DNA of 59,728 nucleotides from a virus (lineage: Duplodnaviria; Caudoviricetes). The notes beneath the pieces are model-generated. The model did not search any database, was not told where the DNA came from, and saw only the letters and a list, made by a program, of their open reading frames with translations. Below, in pieces: positions 27,251 through 37,672 of this stretch (position 1 is the first letter of the stretch; each line of letters starts with the position of its first letter). A program made the translations under genes and the position numbers. The DNA lies in IMG/VR virus record IMGVR_UViG_3300046028_010391, positions 1 to 59,728 of that record. The stretch is one strand, 5' to 3'.

Positions 27251-28531
27251 ATGTTTTGGTTAATAGAGACGGAAGAGCAGATTAATTATTTAATTAGTAG
27301 GGAATATAAAGAAGCATTTATAGAAATTATTCCGCTACACGATAAAGTACATCCTGCTTTAAATGATGTATCCTTAGTTTATTTTAGACCGTCTATAGAA
27401 ACAAAAGGATTTATGTTATGTATTGACCATAGCGAGACTTTAAGTATTAATAAGACGCTAATAAACGCGTTGCTACAAGGAATAGAATGGTTGTGGGTAC
27501 GCGATAAGAAAAACGCATTATATTATTTTCAAATTAAGGGCCTGCGCGACGTAAACATACTCACTCCTCCGTATATACAAGACCAAACACCAACCCACAC
27601 ATACTTTAATAACAAATATCCGGATTATCAAAAAACCAACAAACTTGTGCCGGTAGTTAAGCATTACGAGGTATGTGAACATATTTATAATAAAGTAAAA
27701 CCACATTTTACAAAGGATTTACCCGCGTATTTTGATTTTTACAACAACAAAACCACACTCTCATTCTTTGGAATCGAGAAAAACGGAATAAACATAGATG
27801 AAACAGTTTTTGATCAACACTTTAAACCAACTATCAAACAGCATTCAATTGCAGATGGTAAAGTTTTCACCAGTTACAATCTTTTTACAACAACACGTAG
27901 ACCAAGCAACTCTTTTAATGGCATCAATTTTGCCGCACTAAATAAAGATAATGGCGCAAGGGGGAGCTTCATATCGAGTCATGAGTTTGTGGAGCTTGAT
28001 ATTAGTGCATACCACCCTCATCTTGCTGCTCGTTTGGTTGCCGTGGATTTTAGTGGACAGGATGTACACCAAGTCTTCGCGGACCTCTACGGAACGAGTT
28101 ATCAAGAAGCCAAAGAGCTCACGTTTAAGCAGCTATACGGAGGCGTTTTTAAAGAGTATGCGCACCTTGAATTTTTTCAAAAAGTAAGTAAATTTATTGA
28201 TGATAACTGGAAAGAGTTTAATAACTCGGGACAAGTTATTGTGCCAAATTCAAGTTATTGCTTTAAAAAGAGTGAGCTGGATAATATGAATCCGCAAAAG
28301 TTGTTTAATTATATTTTACAAAACTTGGAAACGGCAACTAATGTTTGTATATTAATGGAAATACATAAGTTGTTAAGAGGCAAAAATACTAAGTTAGTAT
28401 TATATACGTACGATAGTTTTTTATTCGATTACGACGCGAGTGAAAATTTAATTGAGGAAATAAAAGATATTTTTAAAAATAAAGAATTACAAATAAAGGT
28501 TAAGCATGGAAGCAGTTATGACTTTAAATAA
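27251..28531 (+). CDS. Minimal family-A DNA polymerase-like protein
   Basis: TTRRPSN, motif A ELDISAYHP, motif B AKELTFKQLYGG, NYILQNLET, motif C YTYDS. Only 426 aa. Confidence 0.75.
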   Translation: MFWLIETEEQINYLISREYKEAFIEIIPLHDKVHPALNDVSLVYFRPSIETKGFMLCIDHSETLSINKTLINALLQGIEWLWVRDKKNALYYFQIKGLRDVNILTPPYIQDQTPTHTYFNNKYPDYQKTNKLVPVVKHYEVCEHIYNKVKPHFTKDLPAYFDFYNNKTTLSFFGIEKNGINIDETVFDQHFKPTIKQHSIADGKVFTSYNLFTTTRRPSNSFNGINFAALNKDNGARGSFISSHEFVELDISAYHPHLAARLVAVDFSGQDVHQVFADLYGTSYQEAKELTFKQLYGGVFKEYAHLEFFQKVSKFIDDNWKEFNNSGQVIVPNSSYCFKKSELDNMNPQKLFNYILQNLETATNVCILMEIHKLLRGKNTKLVLYTYDSFLFDYDASENLIEEIKDIFKNKELQIKVKHGSSYDFK

Positions 28532-28964
28532 TCATTACGATATTTATTGGGAGAAAACTCAATTAAATATTAAAGATTTGAACAACAAGTTATTTTGTAC
28601 GTTTGTTGCAGAGGATGTCCTTGATGATATGGTAAACAGCATCGCGGATGCATACACTATAATGTATAATAAAATGTTTGTGTTATTTGTTAAAAGCACA
28701 GGCGAATATGTTATTACTTATAATGTAGACCAGGGCAATGTAGATAATATCCCTCACAACACAATCCTAGTACATAGAAAAAAAGAAACGAATACGTTAT
28801 ACACAATTAACGCTCTTAACACATTGATTAAATCATTAAATGGTGGTGTAGTAGATCCAGCATTTAGAGTGAATTGGCAACATTACAAGAATTGTATTTT
28901 GTTGACTAACACAAATGAATTAAGACAATTAAACACAAAAGTTTACAAAATTGTTGAACTTTAA
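28518..28964 (+). CDS. Hypothetical phage protein
   Basis: GTTATG start context. ILVHRKKETNTLYTINALN segment. Confidence 0.7.
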   Translation: MTLNNHYDIYWEKTQLNIKDLNNKLFCTFVAEDVLDDMVNSIADAYTIMYNKMFVLFVKSTGEYVITYNVDQGNVDNIPHNTILVHRKKETNTLYTINALNTLIKSLNGGVVDPAFRVNWQHYKNCILLTNTNELRQLNTKVYKIVEL

Positions 28965-28965
28965 T

Positions 28966-28994
28966 TTGGTAAAGCACCAAATAGTTATTATATT
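28966..28994 (+). promoter_or_regulatory. Promoter TTGG-N19-TATATT
   Basis: Intergenic, upstream of the SSB gene. Confidence 0.7.
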
Positions 28995-29021
28995 AATATC
29001 ACAAACAAAATTTGATTAGTT

Positions 29022-29849
29022 ATGGACTTAAATGAAATGCGAAATCGACTGTCTTCAATGCAGTCAAAGCAATCTGGTAAAGGCAGCGGAGAGAAAAAAT
29101 CTGTCTTTTGGAAACCCTCAGTAGGTAAGCAAGTAGTTCGAGTTGTACCATCTAAGTACAACAAGAAAAACCCATTTACCGAAATGTATTTCCATTATGG
29201 TATTGGAAAAAATACTATGGTATCTCCAATCAATTGGGGTGAAAAAGACCCAATCGTAGAATTTGCAAAACAATTGCGTAGTACTAGTGACAAGGAAAAC
29301 TGGCGTATGGCTAAAAAGCTTGATCCAAAAATGCGTATCTTTGTTCCTATTGTAGTTCGCGGTGAAGAAAGCGAAGGAGTAAAATTGTGGCAGTTTGGTA
29401 AGGAATTGTATATGGATTTCTTGAACCTTGCTGACAACGAAGATGTTGGTGATTTTACCGACGTAATGAATGGTCGTGATATTACATTGACCACTGTAGG
29501 TCCTGAGGTAACAGGTACAAACTACAACAAAACCACTATCATGCCTAAAGTTAAAGAAACTTTGTTGGCCGATGATAAAGCAACTATTGAAGCATTGCTT
29601 TCAAATCAACCTAATCCTATGGAAGTATTTAAAAAATATCCATATGATGAAATGAAGACAGCTCTCCAAGAATGGTTGTCTCCTGAAGACGAATATTCTG
29701 AAGGTGATATTATCGATGATGAAAAGGAAGAAGTTGTAGAAAAACCTGCTAAAGCTTATTCACTTAAGACCCCTGCGGCTGAAAAAGTAAGTAAGGCAGA
29801 TAAGTTTGATGCTTTGTTCGACGAAGAAGATAACGACTTACCTTTCTAA
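29022..29849 (+). CDS. Single-stranded DNA-binding protein (gp32-like)
   Basis: FWKP...VRVVP, VKLWQFGK, GRDITL, acidic tail ending DLPF. Confidence 0.85.
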   Translation: MDLNEMRNRLSSMQSKQSGKGSGEKKSVFWKPSVGKQVVRVVPSKYNKKNPFTEMYFHYGIGKNTMVSPINWGEKDPIVEFAKQLRSTSDKENWRMAKKLDPKMRIFVPIVVRGEESEGVKLWQFGKELYMDFLNLADNEDVGDFTDVMNGRDITLTTVGPEVTGTNYNKTTIMPKVKETLLADDKATIEALLSNQPNPMEVFKKYPYDEMKTALQEWLSPEDEYSEGDIIDDEKEEVVEKPAKAYSLKTPAAEKVSKADKFDALFDEEDNDLPF

Positions 29850-29860
29850 TTTAAACACAC

Positions 29861-30943
29861 ATGGCAAGAAGTAAAAAAAGCGAATCGCTAACGGCTGCTC
29901 TATCCTCTGAACTTAGATCTAAATTTGATTTGACTAAGTTTAAGGAGAAAAAAATGCTTAACTCAAATGTAAAGTTTAAAGAGCAAAAATGGATTCCACT
30001 GAGTCCTGCCTTCCAGGAGGTAACATCAGTACCAGGGATTCCAATGGGCCACATTGTACTTCTTCGCGGACACAGTGATACAGGTAAAACAACCGCTATG
30101 ATTGAAGCAGCGGTTTCAGCCCAAAAAATGGGCGTTTTACCTGTGTTCATTGTAACTGAGATGAAATGGAATTGGGAACATGCTGTCCAAATGGGTCTTC
30201 ATGTAAATGAGATTGTAGACGAAGAAACAGGTGAAATTTTAAATTACGAAGGTAATTTCATTTATGTTGACCGTGAAACTCTACACACTATTGAAGACGT
30301 AGCAGCATTTGTTTTAGATTTGTTAGACGAACAGAAAAAAGGTAATCTACCTTATGATCTATTGTTCCTTTGGGATTCAATTGGTTCAATTCCTTGTGAA
30401 ATGTCTGTTAAATCAAACAAAAATAACAACGAATGGAATGCTGGAGCAATGTCAACCCAATTTGGTAACAATGTTAACCAGAAAATTACATTATCACGTA
30501 AAGAATCATCACCACACACTAATACACTAGTATGTGTTAATAAAGTGTGGACTGCAAAAGCAGAAGTACCTATGGGTCAACCTAAGTTGATGAACAAAGG
30601 TGGATTTGCAATGTGGTTTGATGCTACGTTCGTAGTAACATTTGGTAATATTTCAAATGCAGGTACATCTAAAATCAAAGCGATTAAAGATGGTAAGCAA
30701 GTTGAATTTGCTAAACGTACAAACATCCAGATTGATAAAAACCACATTAATGGTGTTCAATCAAGAGGAAAAATTATTATGACTCCACACGGATTCATTA
30801 ACGATACTGATAAGGAACTTAAATCATATAAAGATGCACACGCATCAGAATGGATGAAAGTACTTGGAGGTATGGATTTCGATATTTTTGAGGAACAAGA
30901 CAATTTTGAACCTGAAAATATCTTTACACAAGAACCAGATTAA
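29861..30943 (+). CDS. uvsX: RecA/UvsX-like recombinase
   Basis: Walker A GHSDTGKTT, LFLWDSIGS. Next to SSB. Confidence 0.85.
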   Translation: MARSKKSESLTAALSSELRSKFDLTKFKEKKMLNSNVKFKEQKWIPLSPAFQEVTSVPGIPMGHIVLLRGHSDTGKTTAMIEAAVSAQKMGVLPVFIVTEMKWNWEHAVQMGLHVNEIVDEETGEILNYEGNFIYVDRETLHTIEDVAAFVLDLLDEQKKGNLPYDLLFLWDSIGSIPCEMSVKSNKNNNEWNAGAMSTQFGNNVNQKITLSRKESSPHTNTLVCVNKVWTAKAEVPMGQPKLMNKGGFAMWFDATFVVTFGNISNAGTSKIKAIKDGKQVEFAKRTNIQIDKNHINGVQSRGKIIMTPHGFINDTDKELKSYKDAHASEWMKVLGGMDFDIFEEQDNFEPENIFTQEPD

Positions 30944-30944
30944 T

Positions 30945-31982
30945 ATGAAAAGAAAAGAATTGCTTAAACTCCTTGATAATCTTGAGGAGCAGGAAACAGT
31001 CTCCTCAAATCGTTACGATCGTGTACTTTTAATTGATGGTTTAAATTTGTTTTTTAGAAATTTTGCCATGATGAATATAGTAAACCCTCAAGGAGTACAC
31101 GTGGGTGGTTTAGGTGGTTTTATTCGCTCATTAGGATCTTTAATTAATCAAATCCAACCTACATCTGTGTTTGTAGTATTCGACGGGATTGGTTCTTCCA
31201 CAAATAGGAAGAACCTACTCCCCGAGTACAAATCAGGTCGTAATCAACACAGAATTACAAACTGGGAAGTATTTGAGGATTTAGAGGATGAAGATGATGC
31301 TAAGATTAATCAAATAGTTCGTATTGCTCATTATTTAAAGTGTTTACCTGTTAAAACGGTTGCAATTGATAAAGCAGAAGCAGACGATATTATAGCGTAT
31401 TATAGCGATTATCTCCCTTCAACACATGGTTCCAAGGTTTTTATAGTATCATCGGATAAAGACTTTATACAACTGGTAAATGACGATGTTATTGTGTATC
31501 GTCCAATCGAAAAAGAATATTATACTAAAGATACTGTTAAAGAAAAATTCGGTGTATTGGCCGAAAACTTTATTTTGTATAAAATGCTACTTGGAGACAA
31601 TTCAGATAAAGTAGCAGGTGTAAAAGGGTTAGGAGCTAAAGGTTTATTCAAGAAATTCCCTGAATTATCTACTGATATATTAACATTAGATGACATTTTT
31701 AGTATATCAGAAGCTAAGTATAAAGAACATGTTATTTATTCTCGCATCGCTTTTGAACGCGATAGATTAGAACAAAATTACAAAATTATGAACTTAAAAA
31801 AACCTTTATTGGATGATGATGATAAAGAGTTTTTGAGGGAATTTGCTGAAGATGATACTTTAGTTTTGAATACTGAAGCTTTTTTACGATTTTACCACGA
31901 TGATGGTTTAGGTCATTTAATCAAGAATGTTGAGTTTTGGATTAATGACACATTTAAAGTATTAAATAGTTTTAGAAAATAA
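30945..31982 (+). CDS. 5'-3' exonuclease / T4 RNase H-like flap endonuclease
   Basis: LIDGLNLFFR, VVFDG, YKSGR, EADDII, SSDKDFIQL, GDNSDKVAGVKGLG. Start taken at ATG 30945. Confidence 0.9.
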   Translation: MKRKELLKLLDNLEEQETVSSNRYDRVLLIDGLNLFFRNFAMMNIVNPQGVHVGGLGGFIRSLGSLINQIQPTSVFVVFDGIGSSTNRKNLLPEYKSGRNQHRITNWEVFEDLEDEDDAKINQIVRIAHYLKCLPVKTVAIDKAEADDIIAYYSDYLPSTHGSKVFIVSSDKDFIQLVNDDVIVYRPIEKEYYTKDTVKEKFGVLAENFILYKMLLGDNSDKVAGVKGLGAKGLFKKFPELSTDILTLDDIFSISEAKYKEHVIYSRIAFERDRLEQNYKIMNLKKPLLDDDDKEFLREFAEDDTLVLNTEAFLRFYHDDGLGHLIKNVEFWINDTFKVLNSFRK

Positions 31983-31987
31983 GTTAT

Positions 31988-33361
31988 ATGACATTAAGTA
32001 ATCTTTCGCAGTACGGTATTGGCTTTCAAATTAAAGTCTTATCTTCACTTTTAACACACAAAGAGTTTTTGCTTAACATCCACGATGTTATTAGTGAAGA
32101 ATATTTTGATAATCAGGCACACCGTTGGATTATTAAAGAAATTTTAAAGTATTACCAAAAATACCACACTACACCTTCAATGGATGTTTTGAAGGTAGAA
32201 TTGAAAAAAATTGACAACGAAGTACTTCAAGTATCTATTAAAGAACAACTTCGCGAAGCTTATAAAGCATCAGATGAGGATCTCAAATATGTTGAAGAAG
32301 AATTTAGCAATTTTTGTAAAAACCAGCAACTTAAGAAAGCGTTGTTAACAAGCGTAGATTTTTTAAATGCGGGAGACTATGACTCAATTCGTTCATTAAT
32401 TGATAACGCACTTAAATCCGGTCAAGACAAAAATGTTGGTCACGAATATAACAAAGATGTTGAATCTCGTTATAGAGAAGATCACAGAGTTGTAGTACCT
32501 TGTCCTTGGGAATCATTTAATATGCTACTTCAGGGTGGTTTAGGAAATGGTGATTTTGGTTTGATTTTTGGTAATCCTGGTGGTGGTAAATCTTGGACAC
32601 TTATTGCATTAGGTGGCTATGCTGTTAAGATGGGTTATAATGTTCTTCACTATACACTTGAATTAGGTGAAGATTATGTTGGACGTCGTTATGATGCTTT
32701 CTTTACTAATATTCCTGTAAATAAAATTACAGAACAAAAGAATAGAGGTAAAGTAGAAGAAACAGTAGAAACTTTACAAGGCCAATTGATTATTAAAGAA
32801 TATTCACCTGGAAAAGCATCAATGTCAACTATTGAATCACATATTAAAAAGTGTATTGATCAAGATTTCAAACCAGATTTGGTTATTATCGACTATGTAG
32901 ATCTTCTTCGCTCTAAAAAGACAAATCGTGAGCGTAAAGACGAAATAGATGATATTTATGTAAGCACAAAAGCTTTGGCTCGCGAGTTAAATATTCCTGT
33001 ATGGTCTGTTTCACAAGTAAACCGAGCTGGTGCAAAAGATGATGTAATTGAAGGCGATAAAGCGGCCGGTTCTTATGATAAAATCATGATTACCGATGTA
33101 GCTATATCCCTTTCACGTAAACGTCAAGATAAAGTTAACGGCACAGGAAGATTTCACATTATGAAAAATAGATATGGTATGGATGGTATGACTTTTAATG
33201 TTAAGGCAGATACATCTACTGGTCATTTTGAAGTCTCAGAACGTATTGAAGATGATGAAGAAGAAACAACAACAACAACTTCTAAATCACCCGTTTTTTC
33301 TACTATAGATGCTGTAGATAAAAAAGAGTTGCGAAATAAATTTTTTGAACTTAACTCCTAA
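31988..33361 (+). CDS. DnaB-like replicative helicase (gp41-like)
   Basis: GNPGGGKS, HYTLEL, IIDYVDLL, SQVNR, KNRYG. Confidence 0.92.
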   Translation: MTLSNLSQYGIGFQIKVLSSLLTHKEFLLNIHDVISEEYFDNQAHRWIIKEILKYYQKYHTTPSMDVLKVELKKIDNEVLQVSIKEQLREAYKASDEDLKYVEEEFSNFCKNQQLKKALLTSVDFLNAGDYDSIRSLIDNALKSGQDKNVGHEYNKDVESRYREDHRVVVPCPWESFNMLLQGGLGNGDFGLIFGNPGGGKSWTLIALGGYAVKMGYNVLHYTLELGEDYVGRRYDAFFTNIPVNKITEQKNRGKVEETVETLQGQLIIKEYSPGKASMSTIESHIKKCIDQDFKPDLVIIDYVDLLRSKKTNRERKDEIDDIYVSTKALARELNIPVWSVSQVNRAGAKDDVIEGDKAAGSYDKIMITDVAISLSRKRQDKVNGTGRFHIMKNRYGMDGMTFNVKADTSTGHFEVSERIEDDEEETTTTTSKSPVFSTIDAVDKKELRNKFFELNS

Positions 33362-33370
33362 TTAAAAATT

Positions 33371-34348
33371 ATGACAAATATTATAAAACCTCGGTTAGTG
33401 TACAAACCATTTGAGTACCAAGAAGCAGCCGATTACTGGCTTAAACAACAACAAGCACACTGGCTTCACACAGAAGTACCAATGATGTCGGATTTAACAG
33501 ACTGGAATTCAAATTTAAACGCAACTGAAAAAAATATTATTGGTTCTATTTTAAAAGGATTTGCTCAAACCGAAACCGTTGTAAATGATTATTGGTCAGG
33601 ACTAGTAACAAAATGGTTTCGTAAACCTGAAATTATTATGATGGCTACAACATTTGGTGCGTTTGAAACAATCCACGCTGAAGCTTATTCATTGTTGAAC
33701 GAAACTTTAGGTCTTGATAATTTTGATGAATTTTTGGAAGATGAAGCTACAATGGCTAAAATTGAAAATTTGATGAATGTAAGAGATAGTTTTCAAGGTG
33801 AAACAGATTGGCATGAAGTAGCAAAATCATTAGCAATATTCTCAGCATTTACTGAAGGCGTTAATTTGTTCTCTTCGTTCGCAGTATTATTAAGTTTTAA
33901 AATGCGTAATAAACTTAAAGGTGTAGGCCAAATTGTTGAATGGTCTATCCGAGACGAATCATTACATTCAGAAGCTGGATGTTGGTTATTTAGAACATTA
34001 GTTCAAGAAAATCCAAAACTTAAAACTCAAGAACTTGAAGCCGCTATTAATGAAGCAGCATTACTTTCTCTTAAACTTGAGCTTGATTTTATCAATAAGG
34101 TTTATGAACTTGGTGATTTGGAAGGTTGTTCACAATACGATTTAGAACACTTTATTAAAAATAGAGTAAATACTAAATTAGGTGATTTAGGATATAAACC
34201 AATTATTTCAAATGTAGACATGACCGCAGTAGAAAGAATGAAATGGTTTGATCATCTATCAGCAGGTAAACAACATACTGATTTCTTTGCAAATCGTGTA
34301 ACTAATTATTCAAAAGGTCATTTAACTTGGGACGAATCAATTTTTTAA
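33371..34348 (+). CDS. nrdB: Ribonucleotide reductase class I beta subunit
   Basis: FAQTE, ETIHAEAY, TEGVNLFSSF, RDESLH, DFF. Confidence 0.95.
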   Translation: MTNIIKPRLVYKPFEYQEAADYWLKQQQAHWLHTEVPMMSDLTDWNSNLNATEKNIIGSILKGFAQTETVVNDYWSGLVTKWFRKPEIIMMATTFGAFETIHAEAYSLLNETLGLDNFDEFLEDEATMAKIENLMNVRDSFQGETDWHEVAKSLAIFSAFTEGVNLFSSFAVLLSFKMRNKLKGVGQIVEWSIRDESLHSEAGCWLFRTLVQENPKLKTQELEAAINEAALLSLKLELDFINKVYELGDLEGCSQYDLEHFIKNRVNTKLGDLGYKPIISNVDMTAVERMKWFDHLSAGKQHTDFFANRVTNYSKGHLTWDESIF

Positions 34349-34354
34349 CAAATA

Positions 34355-36064
34355 ATGGACAATAATTTATCAATAGACTATACACAATGGGAGCGTGGAA
34401 AAGACTATCCCGAATATTTTGATGAAGTAGCTCTTAGTACTATTTCTAAAGGTTACTTACTCCCAGGTGAAACTCCTAAAAAAGCATATAGAAGAGTAGC
34501 ACACGCTGTGGCGATGCGTATAAATCGTCCTGACTTAGAAAATAAATTTTTTAAATACATTTGGAATGGCTGGATTGGATTGGCTAGCCCTGTACTCTCG
34601 AACACAGGAACAGACCGCGGATTGCCGATCAGCTGCTTTGGCATCGATACTCCGGATTCAATCAGAGGTATTGGCCTTACAAACGCTGAACTCATGCGAC
34701 TTACCTCTTACGGAGGTGGAGTTGGAATCTCCCTCTCAAGAATTAGAGGTAGAGGATCAAACATTACCGGAAACGGAAAATCAGAAGGAGTAGTTCCTTG
34801 GGCTAAAATTTATGATTCAACTATTATTGCCACCAATCAAGGTTCAGTACGTAGAGGAGCAGCATCTGTAAACTTAGATATTAATCACGTTGATATCAAA
34901 GAATTTTTACAGATTCGTAGACCTAAAGGTGATCCAAACCGTCAGTGTCTTAACCTTCATCAATGTGTAGTTGTTGACGATGCGTTTATGAAGCGCTTAA
35001 ATGATCGCGACAGCGAAGCTATGTCATTGTGGCTTGAAATACTTAAATCACGTGTAGAGACGGGTGAACCATACATTATGTTTAAGGATAACGTCAATAA
35101 AGACAATCCTCTAGCATACAGAATGAATAACTTAGATGTTTCTATGACTAATATCTGTACTGAAATTACACTTCATACAGACGAGGAACATTCATTTATT
35201 TGCTGTTTAAGTTCACTTAATTTAGCTAAGTATGATGAGTGGAAAAACACAGATGTAGTTGAAACTGCAATCTATTTCCTGGATGGTGTAATGGAAGAAT
35301 TCATCCAGAAAACAAATGGTAAAGAATCTATGATTCGCTCACATCGTCACGCTAAAAAAGGACGTGCACTTGGTTTAGGTGTAATGGGTTGGCACACGTT
35401 CTTACAACAAAAGAACCTACCATTTAACTCAATTGCTTCTACAGCTTGGACACATACTATTTTTAGCCAAATTAAAACACAAGCTGAGGCTGCATCTCGT
35501 AAACTAGCAGTTGAGTATGGTGAACCACTTTGGTGTAAAGGTACAGGTATGAGAAATACTCATTTATTAGCTATTGCTCCTACAGTATCAAATTCACGTA
35601 TTAATGCTTGTTCAGCAGGTATTGAACCCCAACCAGCAAACGTTTACGTATTTAATGGTGCTAAAGGAACATTTATTGTTAAAAACCCTGAATTAGAGGC
35701 ATTACTTGAATCTAAAGGTAAAAATAACAGTAAAGTATGGGATCAGATTTTAGCAGATAATGGTTCAGTACAAAACCTATCTCACGAGATTTTATCTGAT
35801 GATGAAAAGGAAATTTTCTTAACATTCCCAGAAATCAACCAGTTGGCTTTAGTTCAACAAGCAGCAGTTCGTCAACGTTATATTGACCAAACTCAATCAC
35901 TTAACCTTTCATTTGACCCAACTGATTCACCAAAATGGATTAATCAGGTGCATATGGAAAGTTGGAAATTAGGAATCAAAACATTATATTACCTACGCAC
36001 AGACTCAGTTATTAAAGGTGATTTAGGTTCACGAACTGTAGACTGTGTCGCTTGTGATGGATAA
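34355..36064 (+). CDS. nrdA: Ribonucleotide reductase class I alpha subunit, no ATP cone
   Basis: PISCF, RRGA, TNICTEI, CCLSS, AIAPT, KTLYYLR, C-terminal CVACDG. Confidence 0.95.
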   Translation: MDNNLSIDYTQWERGKDYPEYFDEVALSTISKGYLLPGETPKKAYRRVAHAVAMRINRPDLENKFFKYIWNGWIGLASPVLSNTGTDRGLPISCFGIDTPDSIRGIGLTNAELMRLTSYGGGVGISLSRIRGRGSNITGNGKSEGVVPWAKIYDSTIIATNQGSVRRGAASVNLDINHVDIKEFLQIRRPKGDPNRQCLNLHQCVVVDDAFMKRLNDRDSEAMSLWLEILKSRVETGEPYIMFKDNVNKDNPLAYRMNNLDVSMTNICTEITLHTDEEHSFICCLSSLNLAKYDEWKNTDVVETAIYFLDGVMEEFIQKTNGKESMIRSHRHAKKGRALGLGVMGWHTFLQQKNLPFNSIASTAWTHTIFSQIKTQAEAASRKLAVEYGEPLWCKGTGMRNTHLLAIAPTVSNSRINACSAGIEPQPANVYVFNGAKGTFIVKNPELEALLESKGKNNSKVWDQILADNGSVQNLSHEILSDDEKEIFLTFPEINQLALVQQAAVRQRYIDQTQSLNLSFDPTDSPKWINQVHMESWKLGIKTLYYLRTDSVIKGDLGSRTVDCVACDG

Positions 36065-36066
36065 AA

Positions 36067-36075
36067 ATATTTATT
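36067..36075 (+). promoter_or_regulatory. Putative late promoter variant ATATTTATT
   Basis: In the 14-bp gap before the membrane protein gene. Confidence 0.45.
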
Positions 36076-36078
36076 ATT

Positions 36079-37407
36079 ATGTTTAAAAATTTAAAAGACA
36101 GATTATTTCCAGCATTAATAGCACTCTCCGCCCTGTCAGTGTCTGCTTCGGCCGCTTTCTATTCGGTTAGCGGCCTTAGCAAACTCTTTGCTGGGGCTAG
36201 TTTAGAGGTTATTATAATGGCTTCATCTCTTGAGGTTGCTAAATTAGTTATAGCTTCTTTACTTTATCAATATTGGGGTAAAATTAATAAAACCTTAAAA
36301 GTTTATCTTACAGTAGCATGTGCTGTGTTAATTTTAATTACTTCAATGGGTATTTATGGTTTCTTATCGTCCGCGTATCAAGAAACCGCTAATAAAGATA
36401 ATTTAGTAACCCAACAAGTTGAAGCATTAGAAACTAAAAAGAAATTATACGAGGGTACTCGAGATAATATTCTTAAAGAAAAGCAATCATTAGCTGAGTT
36501 AAAAGGTACATTATCTAAAGGTTCAACTACTCAATATACAGATAAAAATGGTAATTTAGTAGTTAGATCAAATAACGCTACTGTAAAACAAATTGAATCA
36601 GCTAATAAATCAGATGATGCTTTAACAAATAAACTAGATGTAGCTAATGATTCTATATTTAGTTTAGAAACCCAAATTCTAGAAGTTAGAACTAAAGGTG
36701 AAACCACTAGTGAATTAGGTCCACTTAAATACCTTTCAGAACTAACTGGGGTTGAAATGAACCGAATTATTAACTGGCTACTTTTAGTAATTATCTTTGT
36801 ATTTGATCCTTTAGCTATTGCTTTAGTAATTGCTGCTAACTTTGCTTTTGCTCAACTACGTCCTAAAAAAGAATATCCACTAGAGGAACAAGTAGAGGAT
36901 ATGAGAAAAGTAGTTGACGCTTATGATACTTTACAAGACGAAATAGAAGATAATGAAGGGACTGATATCTATACTGAAGATGAATTAAAAGATTGGGATT
37001 CAACTTTAATGGATGGTTTAGAAGATCTAACATGGGATGAATACGGTAACCCAACACCTAACATTTATGATGAAGATCCTAATTCACCTGTAAATCTAGA
37101 TTTAGATGGTGATGGAATTGTTGAAGAAGAAGAAATACAACAAGTATTTGATCAAGCCGACACTAATGATGATGGAGTAATAGATGAACAAGAAGCCAAA
37201 GCAGCTAATTTAGATTTAGAAACAGCCCACAAATTAAATGACGTTACCAAAGCACTAGAAGAACTAGAAAAACTAAACAGAGAAAACAACTATGACTTCC
37301 AGTGGAAAAAAGATAAAATGTCTGAAGAATTAAATAATATTAAAAAATTCTTACTACAACAGTTTAAAGATAAGAATAAAGACGAGGATACAATAACCTA
37401 CTTTTAA
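36079..37407 (+). CDS. Membrane protein with coiled coil and C-terminal EF-hand pair
   Basis: Three N-terminal hydrophobic helices, coiled coil, further TM helix (IIFVFDPLAIAL), acidic tail with DLDGDGIVEEEE and DTNDDGVIDEQE. Confidence 0.75.
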   Translation: MFKNLKDRLFPALIALSALSVSASAAFYSVSGLSKLFAGASLEVIIMASSLEVAKLVIASLLYQYWGKINKTLKVYLTVACAVLILITSMGIYGFLSSAYQETANKDNLVTQQVEALETKKKLYEGTRDNILKEKQSLAELKGTLSKGSTTQYTDKNGNLVVRSNNATVKQIESANKSDDALTNKLDVANDSIFSLETQILEVRTKGETTSELGPLKYLSELTGVEMNRIINWLLLVIIFVFDPLAIALVIAANFAFAQLRPKKEYPLEEQVEDMRKVVDAYDTLQDEIEDNEGTDIYTEDELKDWDSTLMDGLEDLTWDEYGNPTPNIYDEDPNSPVNLDLDGDGIVEEEEIQQVFDQADTNDDGVIDEQEAKAANLDLETAHKLNDVTKALEELEKLNRENNYDFQWKKDKMSEELNNIKKFLLQQFKDKNKDEDTITYF

Positions 37408-37433
37408 AAAAAGGAGCGCTTAATTGCGCTCCT
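37406..37433 (-). terminator. Intrinsic terminator between convergent genes
   Basis: AGGAGCGC-TTAATT-GCGCTCCT with an A7 run on its left, i.e. a U-tract on the minus strand. Confidence 0.75.
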
Positions 37434-37635
37434 CTCTATTTGTTACTGATACGGCTATAATTTTATTATATTCATCCAACGTTAATTTAGTTCGAGTAAC
37501 TATAACAACGTGGTCCTCATAAATCAATGCTTGTCTGGTTGTTTTGGGAGTCTCACTTACTTTATGAGCTATAAAATTAGTTGAAGAACAAGCAGTCATA
37601 ACTAACGCAACCCCAATTAATAATAGTTTTTTCAT
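37420..37635 (-). CDS. Small lipoprotein
   Basis: MKKLLLIGVALVMTAC lipobox. The only credible minus-strand gene, with its own promoter motif and terminator. Confidence 0.75.
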   Translation of the reverse strand: MKKLLLIGVALVMTACSSTNFIAHKVSETPKTTRQALIYEDHVVIVTRTKLTLDEYNKIIAVSVTNREERN

Positions 37636-37672
37636 TTTGTTTTTGGTTTTAGGGTTAAACTAATATTACGTG

